Positions 15,558 through 28,805 are shown, counted from the first letter of the stretch. The stretch: 64,000 bases of DNA from Camelus ferus (GCF_009834535.1 NC_045697.1:72852001-72916000), one strand, 5' to 3'. The notes: generated by a model from the sequence alone, not told the origin. Made by a program: numbers and translations.

Positions 15558-16544
15558 ATATCTGTTAATGATTTCATGTTTTTTACATGCTAGTTTCCTT
15601 GCTGGAATGATTTTTCTCTTGCTCATATGTTATTCTGAAGTTCTATGACTGGAAAACTTTTACCTAATCTTTAAATTCCATTCAGGTTACAGAACGATCA
15701 CTGTAGGTTCCTTCCCTTCTTTCTGTCCAGAATTAGTTTTTACCTATTCAGTACTGCAACAGCATTATGCTCATACTTTGATTTTAGCTCATTGGAGATT
15801 TGATTTATTCTTCTCTGTTCTGTAGCACCTAACAAAGTATCCGTAGTAGTCAACATGATTGTAGAATAGTGACTGCAAATGGTGGTTGAATATTTGGACA
15901 CGTGGATGAGTGAAGAGTTGTTTATAAATGGAAACTTGAGTGTGTGCACAATTTTTAAAAGAAATTTTTTTCTTAACTTTGCTAAATGGGAATAATAAAC
16001 ATAACATATAAAATGATTATGAGGTAAAAATGACATTAAATAACACAGTGTATTCATGGAGACTTTATGTCAGACACAATATACACATAACCTAGATCAT
16101 CATAAATTATGTTGAAAAAATGAAACACTTGATACCAAAAAAAAAAAAAAAAAGCTATTGTGGAAAGCTTGAGACAAAAACAAACAAAAATAACTTATTT
16201 AAAGTGATTCTTAGGTAGTTATGATTACAGTGGAAAGAAAAATGAGTTCATTCCAAAATTTTGATCTAAGGATTAAAAAACTTGATATCATCCCTAGCTC
16301 TTCCACAAAAACCTATTCCATCAGAGTAGTGCATTATAGGTTATTTCTCTTCTAAATCTTTCCTTTTAAAACAATTTCCTCCATGGAAAGTAATGAGGTC
16401 TTCGATGCAACATCAATCAGGGCAACTAGTGCTCAATGGTTCAATGATTAAATGGAAATATTCAATGTTATAGTTGTAGATTCTGTAAGTCCTTTGGATG
16501 CACTAGGAATCTCCACACTTTATTCACTGCTAAAAAGAAATTTG

Positions 16545-17040
16545 GTATCAAACCATGAAAAAACATAGAGAAACCCTAAATCCATGTTACTAAATGAAGG
16601 AAGTCAATCTGAAAAGGCTACATACTATCTGATTCCAATTATGTGATACTCTGGAAAAGGCAAAACTATGGAGACAGTAAAAAGATAAGTATTTGCTAGA
16701 GATTTCAGAGAAGTAGGGTTGAATAGGCAAAGTATGGAGGATTTTTAGGGCAGTAAAAATATGCTGGATGATGTCATAATGATGGATACCTGTCCTACAC
16801 ATTTGCCTAAATACATAAAATGTATGACACTGAGAGTGAAGCCTAATGTAAGCTGTGGACTTTGGGCAATTATGAGCCAGCATAGGTTCATCAGTGGTAA
16901 CAAATGTACCACTTTGGTGGGAGATGTTGATAATAGATGTGCATATGTAGGCGTAGAGGATATATGGGAAATCTGTACCTTTCCCTCAGTTTTGCTGTTG
17001 ACAAAATATTTCTCTAAAAGTAAACTCTTAGAAAAAAATA
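16545..17040 (+). mobile_element. Old L1 (L1MC-like) 3' end
   Basis: gaagtcaatctgaaaaggctacatactatctgattccaatt...ggaaaaggcaaaactatggagacagtaaaaagat...caaatgtaccactttggtgggagatgttgataat, followed by an A-rich end. Confidence 0.8.
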
Positions 17041-17069
17041 TAAAGGTATCATGAGTAGTTTGAATAGTG

Positions 17070-17830
17070 TTTACCTTCTTCGTTCATATAACTTTAAGAG
17101 CCAACATCTCTTCTATGCCTTGGAAGAGTGTCATACTCTTTTGGAAGTTTGAATCATCTTCCAACATTTTATCCTTGAACCTTAAAGTGGTGAGATATCT
17201 CTGAGAGTTTTTTTTTTATGTGAATATTTTTGCCAATGTCACCTCCTCTGGGACATCGTCATCATTTGTCACTATCATCTTCCTCATTTATGCTAATAAA
17301 TTCACCTCTACTCATTTTCCTCTGCCTACATATTTAGAGTCCCTTGTAAAGTGACTGTGAATGTTCCCTTGTTTAGCTCTTCTTCTTTGTCTCCATCTAT
17401 ACTGGATGTGAATTTCACTTTCAGTGTTACCATTTTTTATTTCTTCACTATACTTTCATCTTTGTTGGCAAGTCCTTCTTTTGATTAGAAATTTTTGTAA
17501 GATGTCATTTGAGCTTATCACTGAAAGACAATGCGGCAATGCAACTATGTGCTTTGCTGTCTGTGTGTGAACTGACTAACAGATAATCAGTGAGCAATCA
17601 GTAACAGATTTTGAAAAATAGGAATATGATTGTCACTGATTATGAAGTACATCTGTTATTGATTCATGGACTGCGGAGCTAGCAGCTAAATTTTTACTTT
17701 ATGTAAGTATTCACAGTTAATATGACATGGTAACTAAACTTTGAGCCATGCTGTTGAGGGGACTGGTGTTAATAATGTTAGCAACTGAAATTTGTGCAAA
17801 ACAAGAAGTGCATATATAGAATTGTGCATG
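17070..17830. mobile_element. Degraded Tigger-like (TcMar) DNA transposon
   Basis: Segments such as gtcacctcctctgggacatcgtcatc and actttcatctttgttggcaagtcc resemble Tigger-family non-autonomous elements. Terminal repeats were not resolved. Confidence 0.4.
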
Positions 17831-18694
17831 TATAGAATTGGTTATTGTGTGTGTGTTCTTTGGCACGTGTGTTTTATTTTTGAGCTGCTAAAACTTTAAA
17901 ACGGTATCCTTTTATATGTTTCTAAGGAAGCCTGTTTCACTCCTGCTTATTAAAGATATTCTCAGCAATGGTTTTGTGACTGGTGAATGGGGACTGTCAG
18001 TAATTTCTTACATAGAAGAGCTTTTTAATCTATTGTTAAAAGTAATATCATTACACTAGTTTTGTTTGATTCTGAAATAACATAGTCTTCAACATGAAAT
18101 TTAGGTTATGTAAATCTTTGTTGCAGAGTTATTGAAATATTTTTATTTAAGGAGTAAACATTTCAAGCTAATGAAAACATGATATAAGTTTAAGAGTTTT
18201 GATTTACTTTACACCATGCAGTTATCTTATTGGAAAAAAACTGCCTTCATATCCATATAATTTGAAGATATAAAAAAATCCATACATATGGTACTGTGAC
18301 ATCTTTTAATTCAATAAGTTTATTCACTCAGAAATTCTGAATTGTGACTAATAGTACTTAATCAACATAAGCACTCAATTTGTGAGTATTTTAATTTCTT
18401 CAAAATTGTTCCCTATACTCATTTGGAAATCTCCAAATCTTTTTCTTGTAATCATCTATAAGGTGATTCAGCTTAATATGATAATCACATATTAGGTTGT
18501 ATAGAATATTTTAAATGTTTTGTTTTTACTTAAAATAGTAACTACTCATAGCCAATTTATTAGGAGATATTTTCTATTCCTGTGTAAAATAAAGAACTTT
18601 TAAAATGCTTCTACATTTCTATGCTTTTCTGCTCTATCACTGTAAATGTGCTTTCCCCTGCTATATGTTCTCATAGTTACCATAGACTCTACTT

Positions 18695-19560
18695 ATTATT
18701 CATTTACTCAGTTGAGGCACAGGTCTAGCCTTGTCCTCGTGGAACTTACAGTCCAGTAGCAAAAAACAATAAACATTACAGATGAACTAATTATGTAATA
18801 TTTTAGAAGGTTATATATGTGATAAAGAAAAAAATTAAAGCAGTTTTAAATAGAGTATTCAGGGTTCAGAGGTAGTACAGGTAATGAACAATGCGGCTTA
18901 TATGAAGGAAGAGTGTTTCACACAGAGTGCAAAATCCCAAGATGGAAACATACTTAGTATCTGATGGTGGAGCAGAGCAGGTTGGAGCAGGGCGGTGGAG
19001 AGGTGAGTAGTAGAAGATAATGTCATAAAGTTAACAAAGGACCAGCTACTATAAATTGTAAGAACTTTGATTTCTATCCTGAGAGAACTGGGGAGCCATT
19101 GGAGGATTTGTAGAGGGGTTATAAGATTTGACTCATTACAGGATCACTCTACTTGTTGCACTGAGAACAAACCAAAGGGGAACAAGAGCAGGGGTAGGGA
19201 AACCAGTTAGATGAGAAATGATACTGACTTGGATGAGGGAGGCAACAATAGACATCTTAAAGAGTGATTAGATTCTACATATGTTTTGAAAGTAGAGGTG
19301 ATTAGATTTGCTGATTGATTGGATATAGAGTATGAAAGAAGAGATGAGCTGAGAATAATTCCAAGAGTTCTGACCTAAGGTTCAGATTTTGACCTCAGAA
19401 GATAGAAGGAGGAGTAAGTTTTGGAGGAATGGCAGGAACTTAGTTTGGAACGTGTAAATTCTGAGATGCTTATTAGACATTCAAATGGTGAAGTCCAACA
19501 GGTTGTTGGATTTGGGACTCTGAAATACAGCTGAGGGGGTTCAAGTGGAGCTATTAATTA
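18695..19560 (-). mobile_element. LINE-2 fragment
   Basis: L2-like motifs: ccttgtcctcgtggaacttacagtccagt, gggagccattggaggattt, aggatcactct, gagatgcttattagacattcaaatgg. Confidence 0.7.
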
Positions 19561-19687
19561 CAGTTTCTTTAGAGTATGGGACATATTTATTTTGCTTATT
19601 CCCATGAATAAAAATAGCTTTACAATGTTTGTTTAGTACTTAGAAGGTACTCAAGAAGTATCTGTGGAGTGAATGACTACAAATATA

Positions 19688-19909
19688 GTGTAGTACGCTG
19701 GTAAATGTCTAATCACAAACACTCTGAAGGGAAAAAAAAATACAGAAACAAAACAAAACTGATTTCTAGCATTTGCACATTTCTGAGGTGTAAATACTCC
19801 TGCCATGATTTCAAGCTACCAAAGGTAACATCACTGAATGCAAAGTTGGGAAGAAATGTGCACAGTTAATTCCTTCTAGCCAGTATAAACCAGCTCCAGA
19901 ACAGAACTG
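19688..19909 (+). mobile_element. MER63A-like hAT-Blackjack MITE
   Basis: gctggtaaatgt...gatttctagcatttgc...ggtgtaaatactcctgccatgatttcaagctacc...catcactgaatgcaaagttgggaaga...ccagctccagaacagaactg follows the MER63A consensus as I recall it. Confidence 0.75.
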
Positions 19910-20434
19910 AGCCCTCTTATTGCTTACATAGAATCAGATACACATTTTTCTTACTTACAGGTGTGTGTAAAAGAAGAATTAAATAACCTTGATACTTGGG
20001 CAGATTTGAAGGAAAAGAAATTCATTGATGAAAACACAAGCTCAAACTAAGAGACTTAAGCAAATATTTTAAAACCTTTGTCATATACCAGACTAAATAA
20101 TAGAAACCCTGAGCTAATTTATCCCTGTACCTTTAGGCAGTATTCTAAATTACTCCACACAGGTGAGATAGCTTTATATGGTTCCTGGATAAAAGATTTC
20201 ACATTTTGCAAAATTATTCATTGTAATATTAACAGTTCTCTCTTGCCAAAGATGTCTTCATGATTTCTAAGTTAGCCTAGATAGTGTGTTTTAAAATGTT
20301 GCCATAAAGCATCTATTAAAAAATATCTATACAAATTTAAGCAAGTTGTTCTTTTTTGGAGTCCAAACTCTCTGGCATATATAGCAGAATGATTATTAGG
20401 TCTTTAAACAGTATTTGTTTAAGTAATTAATACT

Positions 20435-20560
20435 TTAAAATTTTTACTGTGGTAAAATATATCAAACATAAAATTTACCATTGTAACTATTTTTAAGTGT
20501 GTAGTTAAGTAGTACATTCACATTGTTGTGCAATCATGACCATCATCCCTCTCCGGAATT
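20435..20560 (-). mobile_element. Old L1M 3'-terminal fragment
   Basis: tttttactgtggtaaaatat...cataaaatttaccattgtaactatttttaagtgt...acattcacattgttgtgcaatcatgaccatcatcc. Confidence 0.7.
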
Positions 20561-21835
20561 TTAATTAATTAATAACGTGTTTTGTTTTATGTAAAAGAAA
20601 TGCATTTTGTTGTAGTTAATTAAAAAAGGAAAAGTATAAAGGAAAACAAAATTACCCAAAGTCTCACCATTCACAGCAAATCAAATTTGTATCTAACTTA
20701 TTGCACATATAGAATTACATCAAACTGTCCCAATCCATAGTCAAAAAATTCCTCATGTGTTAGAGATCCTGCTGAGTCTAAAATGGGATTCAGGCTCTGA
20801 CTCTGTCCAATGAAGTGGTGGGCTGCAAACCCCACCATTTTGCAGCATTTATTTAATGTACCAGTGAGAAAGCCTCAATAAATATGATTTATGCTCAAAG
20901 CAATGATGCATAGGGAAGAAGAGGTAGGGCCAATTCCTCATCCTGGACATTTGGTTTAGAGCTGAGCCTCAGGGAAAATGTGTTGCAAGTAGGAAATGAA
21001 GGAATGCTGGTCATTAAGAAATTGTTAGTGGAGCAAAGATTAGGGACAGGATTTTTGTTCTAAATTCTATTTGGAACACAAATAGACATCACAGGAACTT
21101 CAAGCAGAGGGTAAAGTTTGTAATTTATGAGTTTTGCAGATTTGGATGCAGTATGTCCAAAACAGCCATCTGGAGAAAGACGTGGCTTCTTCCAGAGAAA
21201 CTGTCATGCTCTGTACCGAAGTGTTGACGTTGCTTTCTTTTTTCTCTCTCTCTCTCTTTCTTTTTCTTCTTTTGGGGGATAGGGTGGGCAGAATGGAAGT
21301 GCTAAAGAGGACTACTGATAAACTCTCATCAGACCTTCCTAGGGACTCTTTGCAGTAATTGGAGACTAGCAAGAAATAGATTACAAGCAAAGGCTATGGA
21401 CTGAAAAAATTTAGATATGTATGTTAATGTTAGCGCATTTTCCTAGAGACTTGAGAGAATTGATACTGTATTCAAGTGTGATTTTTAAATTTCTACATAG
21501 AATTTTATTCTTAGATGACCCATCATTTATTCGTTCATTTTTTTAAATTGGGATTTTTAGTTGTTTTCAGTTCTTTGAATTTTGTTTTGAAAAATATCTT
21601 TGAACATATTGGCAAATTGCACCCCTGAAAGATTTTTGACAATATATACCCAACTGTTAGGTTAAACCACATGAAATGTTAATTGACATTTTAAACTATA
21701 AAAATTGGCCATTTCATATAGTTCAATCTAAAAGTGTGTGTAAAAATGCCATTTATTACATACTTAGCAATCTCTGCCAATTTTAACAGAAAAAAGTTAT
21801 CTCATCACTTTAATTTTTATTTATTTGATGACTTT

Positions 21836-23515
21836 TATGATTCATTTATTCAGCAGTCTGGATTGTGCACTTACCATGTACAAGCCAGCGTGAGAGGCAT
21901 AGGATGCAAAGAGGACTAAGAACAGAACTGAACTTGTCTTCATGATGTTTACAAGCTTATTAGGGGAGATTATTAATCACATATTCTTAAGTATAAATGC
22001 GAAATTTAATATGTAAAAATGCTATGACTAATATGTACTAAGAGAACCTATAAAGGGACATTTAAATTGGGAGGCTTATGGAAGGTTTCTCTTTGAAAGT
22101 GACATTTGAGCTGTTATCTAAATGAGGAGTACATTCAGCTGACGAGGAATTGGTAGAAGGGAATTTGAAATAGAAGGAAAATCGTGTTTAATTAAGGCTT
22201 TATGGCAAAAAGATAGCATCATAAATTTTGGGACTTGAAAGAGGATCAGAATGGCTAGAACATAGATTAGGACAGTTGAGTTATGGTATCAGTTGAAGTC
22301 GGACAGGTCATGGGATCAGGCTATACAAGGCACTACTGTCTGGGGTAAGAATATTCTTCTCATAAGAACTTGGGAAAACATTACAGCATTCTAAGAAAGG
22401 GTGCAGAAACATGTTCTTACGTATGTTTAGATGGATTACATATGCTAGGGTGGATTAAGACTGGATGTGAGGGGGCCAGTTAGGAGACTTTTTCAGTAGG
22501 CCAGGAAAGATGTGATGGTAGCTTGTATTAGGGAAGTAGGGGTAGTGATAGAAAGAAAGTAACAGATTTGGGAGCTATTTGCAGTCAAGTGCTCTACCAC
22601 TGAGCTATACCCCCAGATTTGGGAGCTATTTGAACAACTGGATGGATTCTTGAGAACTTCATTCACTGAGTTCTGCTTTGGCACAAGCCTTTGACCTTCT
22701 CAGAGAAATGCTAAACAAACACCTGTGGGAAATCTTCTTTTGCATTTATGACACTGTGGTTGAGGACACTGTCCTCTTAACTAACCATACAAAACATTTC
22801 TTGAAATTCATATATCGGAAGTTCCTAAGCCCTCAAGGAATGTGTATATATTGCTTTTATGGGAGTGCAAGCCATATTACTAACTGTATTTTCTTTTTTG
22901 TGTGTTCATCAAGAGTCTCAGAGACATGTTTGAAGTCTAACTTCTGTAAACGATTAGGAGTCTTTGACCTGAATGTCCACATTACAAATTCACTCTGGTG
23001 TTGCTCTCATTTTCTATTTTCTCCAGTTTTAATTTTTCATTTATTAATATTCATCTATTTTATTGTATGGATTACTATGTATCTTATATAATCCATAAGA
23101 AAACCAATTAGATAATAGAAAAAGATGGAAACTCTTCATTCAAAAGTGAAAAATGGAGCCATGGGTTTGAATGAGATCACTTGGGAGAGGAGACTAAGTA
23201 AGGACAAAATCAGGGCCAGGATTTGGCACTGAGGAACCTATGCATTTAATCAGTACATAGAGGCAGAGAATCAAAAATACATCCATGCAAAAGAGTCTGA
23301 GGAGGGAGGGAGGTGGTCAGGAAAGTTGGAAGCCAAGAGGCAGTAACCTCCTGTGAGGAATTCTACTGATAGGTCAAGGAAATTTAGGACTGAAAAGTGC
23401 TCACCAGATTCCTCAGGGAGGCTCTTTGGATAGAGTGTTGGGAAAAGAGTTCAGATTTGAATGCCTTGAGAAGCAAATAGCAGGTGAGGAAATGGAAATA
23501 CAGAATATAAGCAAC
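21836..23515 (-). mobile_element. Fragmented LINE-2 (host of the tRNA-Cys half)
   Basis: L2 tail complement (ttcatttattcagcag) and L2-like purine-rich body at ~21836-22650 and ~23140-23515, with non-L2-looking sequence between. Confidence 0.55.
22580..22614 (-). pseudogene. Tailless retropseudogene of the 5' half of tRNA-Cys(GCA)
   Basis: Minus strand reads GGGGGTATAGCTCAGTGGTAGAGCACTTGACTGCA (35 nt, 5' end through the GCA anticodon). It is flanked by the direct repeat cagatttgggagctatttg at 22563-22581 and 22614-22632. No poly(A) tail and no tRNA 3' half. Confidence 0.9.
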
Positions 23516-25217
23516 CCATAATTTAATGTTTGTTAGACATTTCTATTTCTTCTTTTGTGAATTCTCTACTACTTTTATTCTTTTTATATTAGAGTTATAT
23601 ATTTTTATTAGTGTAAGGATATGTCATATATTCAAGGGTTTTTTTTATGTCTATTAAATAGAATGTAAATTCTTTTTTTTCCCAGTGTGGTTAATGTAAC
23701 TTTGATATGAAATGGAGTTCTGCTAGTTATGTAAGAGCCACTTCTGATTACATCTTACTCTGTGATGATCTTATATTTCATCCATTCAATTAATATATAT
23801 TTATTGCTTTCACTATATACTCAGGGTTAATTTTATAAGAATTTGCACTATAATTTTAATAGAACATTCACAGCTCACTACAGCAGTAATTTTAGTGAAT
23901 GCAAATGAGATATTTCAAAATCCTTGAGTAAGAACTACAGATTGTAAAAAGAGCTAAAGAGTCATAAATTTTCTAAAAATAATCTTTTCCAAAACATAAT
24001 TTTAGTTACTATTTTGCCAAGAATGCAAACATAAAGCAATTGATCTTAGGCTAATCTCATGCAGTTTATCCTCTGGGCTAAATAATGTCAAGTCTTACTG
24101 TCACACTAATAAAGCATAGTAACTGCATGGGCAGTGGCTTTCCCCAAAATAGGGAGGAATGAGGGGATTGGCTCAGGCACTGGAATTAAAGACTGATAAA
24201 GGAGTTTTTAAAAACTCACCAGGTGTTTGTATCCATAATATTTAAAGCAATGGTAAAATTTACCACAATACATTTAGATAATTTGTTACCAAATTGACGC
24301 CTCATGATTATTTATGACTATATATTTTATTTGTCCATAATAAATTTCAAAAGAAATAGAGGTTCTATCAGTGCTTTGCATAACAGTTAGCTTTATGAAA
24401 AAGAAATTAAAAAACAAGGTGTAGCATATAAGATAAATTTTTAATCTACCTCGCTAAAAATAGAACTTAGTTCAGTTGGATTAAATATTTATTTTAATAA
24501 TTACTTCTGTCAGGTGTCCCTGGGTTTGAAGAATGTAAAGTATTTTTCTGTGTTTGTTAATGCTTTTGGAGTATTAAATAAAACATATTGTATTACTTCC
24601 TTAAGATTTCCTGGTAAAATATGGTGACTGTCATTTAAAAAAATTCTTTAAATATTTTAGTCAATACTGGACCCTGTGCCGTGAAATTATCCTTTTCTAT
24701 ATATTAACAAACCTTCCTAGAGTTTCTCACTTAACCTCAAAAATGTGCTTAGAAAATGGAACAAAATATAATCTATTTTCTAATATCCCCATATATCAAG
24801 TGGTGTTTGCCATAAATTTAAAAGGATAATGATTTTATTGTACTAACTGTTTTATTAATAATTTTCTAGCATCTACATTTTCAATGAAAACATAGGTTAT
24901 ATATGTAACATGTGTTATACATACATGTAAGATATATAGCATATAAACAAGTGCTAAATTCTAATTTAAATGAAAGTAATAATGTTGTCTAATTAAACCC
25001 TGCAGTCATCACAACTCCCCAGGAGCCATAAGAATGGAGAGGCTATGCAACACGTCCTGGAGTGGACTGCAGTGGTTTAAATCTTGGCTTAACTCTGTGA
25101 TCTTGGGAAAGCTGAGCATCTTTTAGATAAATGTTATGTTTAAATGTTACATTTCAAAATGGCAAATTTGTGAAGGATGGTAGAGAGAAACAGGGACTTT
25201 TCATTGGCAAATAATTC

Positions 25218-25220
<3 letters not shown>

Positions 25221-25256
<36 letters not shown>

Positions 25257-25269
25257 TATAGGTGTGTGT
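25221..25269. repeat. (TG)14 microsatellite with imperfect extension
   Basis: Perfect TG run at 25221-25248, then tatgtgtgtataggtgtgtgt. Confidence 0.95.
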
Positions 25270-28257
25270 AGGGATGGTGAAGCAGCCTGTGTAGAACTGA
25301 AAGATGATTTATTTGCCAATAAAAACACAGCTTTGCAAGAATTTGTAACAAAGCAAAAGGATAAGATGTTTCAGGATAAGATCAGAACCTGTGAACTCAC
25401 AATGAAATTTTTAGTAAAGTTACTAATATTATATTAAAAATGTGGAATTAAAAATCAAGCAATTCTCTCAGTGCAGAATGAGTGCAAAACACTTCAAGGA
25501 AAACCCAATACCTTTTACTCAGCAAAATTTGTGACTGTTGGCTTGAGGTTCTCCATTTGTAAAATACAAGTGTTGTTTATTAAAGTGATATCTACAGTCC
25601 TTTTCAGGTCTAAGATTTCTGAGGTCATAGGAGGTTGCAAGGACTTTGATGAACGAAAGACCTAAGCGCCTGAGTCAAAGCTGAAGTAGTCTTAAAGCTT
25701 AGAGGATCTTTTGGTTTTAGGCAGAGGGACAGAATGAGTTGAATACATTTTCCATGTAGGCTGTGAGGACACAATTCAGTTTATATTAAATGGGGATAAA
25801 AAACACTCACAATTCGACAAGCCAAGTGTTAACACTGCAGTCTAAATGTTGTATTCCTTTATCAGTTGAAACCTAATTAGGGCTTATATAACTTGACTGT
25901 TACTTCAATAAAGCATTAATTACATAGGAAAATATAATTTCTCTGAGCACATACTGTTAACTATGTTCTGTATGGGGCAGGAAGCCCATGCAGCCACAAC
26001 CAAAGGCACCATGACTCACCTGAACTTCCTCAGAGGGGTCAACCTTGCCAACTTGAATCAATGCAATAACTGCAAATACCACAGGACTAGTTTTCTCAGT
26101 TCATGTTTTATAAAACACTAATGCAGAAAGATTTTGTGGACTGGTAAACTTGAGAATTCTAATAAATGTTGTATTTGTATAGCCTTTGATTCTAAAATAA
26201 ATTATCTCTATTTCTGTAATTCTTTTTGTCAATTTTCTGCTCAAATAAAAGTTTTTTTAATTAACAATTTTTAAAAAATTGTCAGTATCCAAATTGGGTA
26301 TGCTTCAGATTTTGTTGGAAATTGTGTGTTCCTAAATTTTGAAATGTTTTGGTAATTAAATAATATTTTCTAGTAAGGAAATGTTAAAGAATAAGTAGTA
26401 AAGTATTTATCGATTTCAAACCAGTAAGTGTGGTGAAATACCATTATATTATCTGTTAAAATAACTCCAAGACCATTTCAGATTTTGTGTAAATATTGGC
26501 AGAAAAGAATTAGGAAAATGACCTCCCTCGCAGACTTGAAATATCAACTTCACGTACTAAATTTTTATCAAAATTCATAATGCATTATTAGCATTTCAAG
26601 AAGATTGTGAGAGTTTTATAACCTACTATCCTAATGTGTCTCCTCTAGATCAGAATGAAGAAAAGTAAATCAAACCAAAACAAAAAAGAAAGATGCTCAA
26701 ACCAAAGAAACAGTCCTTTCTTGGTGGAGCAAGATTAGAGGCAATTTCACCTGTTCTCCAACTTGGGGCTGATTTTGTTTCTTCTTAGTACTCACTTCAA
26801 TCCCTACAGAAATGAAAGGGTGAGATACTTGTGGAATATCAGAGACAAAGGGGAAAGGGAAGATTGGCAGTTTCAGAGACTTAAAAAAATGTGGTTTTGT
26901 GCTTATTTAGCCCAGTTAGTGGCAACTAACCACAGCTCCTTCAATTTACCCTCTGGACCTGGCATGAGAAAATTGTTTCTAAAGATTTGTGTCATCAATA
27001 CCTCTGTGCTCACTATTTCAAAACAGTAAACACAGAGAATGGACTTAGGGCAGGAAGTTGTTTTTTTCTTAATTTCTCTCATAGTGGTGGCTTAATGTAG
27101 TAAGAATCAGTATTAAGCCTCATTTTACTTTGAAACAACTTGCTAATGTAGAAAAGAAGTGTTCTTTTAGCAGATGAGAATATTGAGACTTGAAGTTAAA
27201 GTGACATCACCTCCCACCCCATGCATCCCCCATGCAAGCTGCCAATCACAAAGTGGAGACTGGAATCTACTGGATCTTTTTAACATAACATTTGATTAAA
27301 GTGTAACTATTCAGTAACAGGTAAAGATTTACCACTGTTTTAACACAGTATGGGTATTTCATAATGTTCAATATGAGAAAGCAAATGCACCCAGAAATTT
27401 AAAAAACTTAAATATGAGAACAAATATTAGAGGTCTATTCAGCTTCGTATAATTGCTTAAGAATCCCAGAATCCCCACTCTAGATGAGGGAACATTCTAA
27501 AAATTATCTTAAAAAGTTATAAGGCGGTGTGTCTCATTTGTTAACCATTTATTCTTTGGGTTTTTTGTTGCCCATCATCTGAAAGATTAGGATGCCATCT
27601 TCCAGGAGCAGGGTTTACCCAGCTCATGGCCTGCTCAGATTACTGGAAGTTAAATCTAATCTGAAATTCTGCGGAAACTTTTAGCTGACAGCAGTCATTT
27701 AGAGGGAGCTTGTTGCCTCTGATAAATCCTGCATAACTGGGAGTCCAAACCAGTGTTGGCTTTGGGGCAAGGATAGAGATTGGAATGGGTGGTGATGAGG
27801 ACCAGCAAACCAGAAAGAGGAGGGTAACTCATCATTCATTTCTCGTATGCAATAGTGACTGACAGGGAGAAGGAAGACCAGAAAGTACATTTTACAGATA
27901 ACATCCTTTTTATGGCAGTTGTTTGAAGCCATTTGAGAAAATGTGCTAGTATTGTTTCTAGCTGAGTTTGTCCTGCTTGGGAGGACACATTTTCCCGTCC
28001 TTCTCATTTGCTTTCTTCAGTCCCTCAAGATGCCCTTAACGGAGATCAGGGGGTTAGGGTGGGAGTAGGGAGGCGGTAGAAGCAGAAACCGGCTCAATCA
28101 TTAGACTACAAATGGCTTAGTGACCTCCTTTCCTCAAGAACTGTTTTCTAGTCCCTCTCCTTTTATCAAACCAATTTTGTCACCTTTTCGTTTGTAACGT
28201 TCTCCCACTGCCCAGCTCCTCTTTCTCCCTCCACCATCCTCCCAGCCTTCTCCTCAC

Positions 28258-28805
28258 CTGTCCACCGCTATGGCCGTCATAGAGTAGATGCTGGCGAACA
28301 CCGCTGTGATAGGAAAGAAGTTCTGGAAGCGACAATAGTTGGCGCCGAAGTACCACTCGCTGTGAAGCGCATAGATGAAGTTGACCAAGGTGTTGAAGGC
28401 GGCCATGGAGGCATCGGAGAAAGCCAAGTTCACGAGGAAGTAGTTGGTAACGGTCCTCATGCGCTTGTGGGCCAGGATGATCCAGATGACGATAAGATTC
28501 CCGAAGACCGCCACGGCCACCACCACGCCGTACGCTAGGGACCAGAGCGCGATGCGCCAGGACGGCTGCACGAACTGGTTGGTGAGGTTGGCCAGGGGCT
28601 GCGAAGGCGCCGGGGTGGCGGCGGCCAGTCCCAACGTGGAGGAGGAAGCAGAAAGATTGCCAGCTTGGACTAGCAGTTGCAGCCACCCAGGCTCAGCCAC
28701 CCCCGTGCCTGCCCCTGGCTGGAACGCAGCGCTCGGGCTCCCGGCGTCCGCTCCCGCTGTTCCTGCACCTTCCGTCCAGTTCGCGGCTGCGGGGAGCGAA
28801 GCCAT
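28258..28805 (-). CDS. TACR3: Tachykinin receptor 3 (NK3R), coding exon 1 (codons 1-183; N-terminus to TM3, DR of the DRY motif)
   Basis: Translates [13 protein letters not shown]...[112 protein letters not shown], the NK3R sequence. ATG at 28805 is in a strong Kozak context (gcgATGG). Donor is AG|GTGAGG at 28258/28257. Length 548 bp, phase 2. Confidence 0.98.

Noticed and set aside
17808..17839. 16-bp tandem duplication (a similar short duplication lies at 37298-37369)
   Set aside because: Ordinary slippage duplications inside old repeats.
22580..22614. Functional tRNA-Cys gene
   Set aside because: Only the 5' half is present; there is no T-arm/B-box or acceptor 3' strand.
22563..22632. 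CRISPR-like repeat-spacer-repeat appearance
   Set aside because: Only two repeats, in a mammalian context, and the spacer is a tRNA fragment, so this is a target-site duplication.
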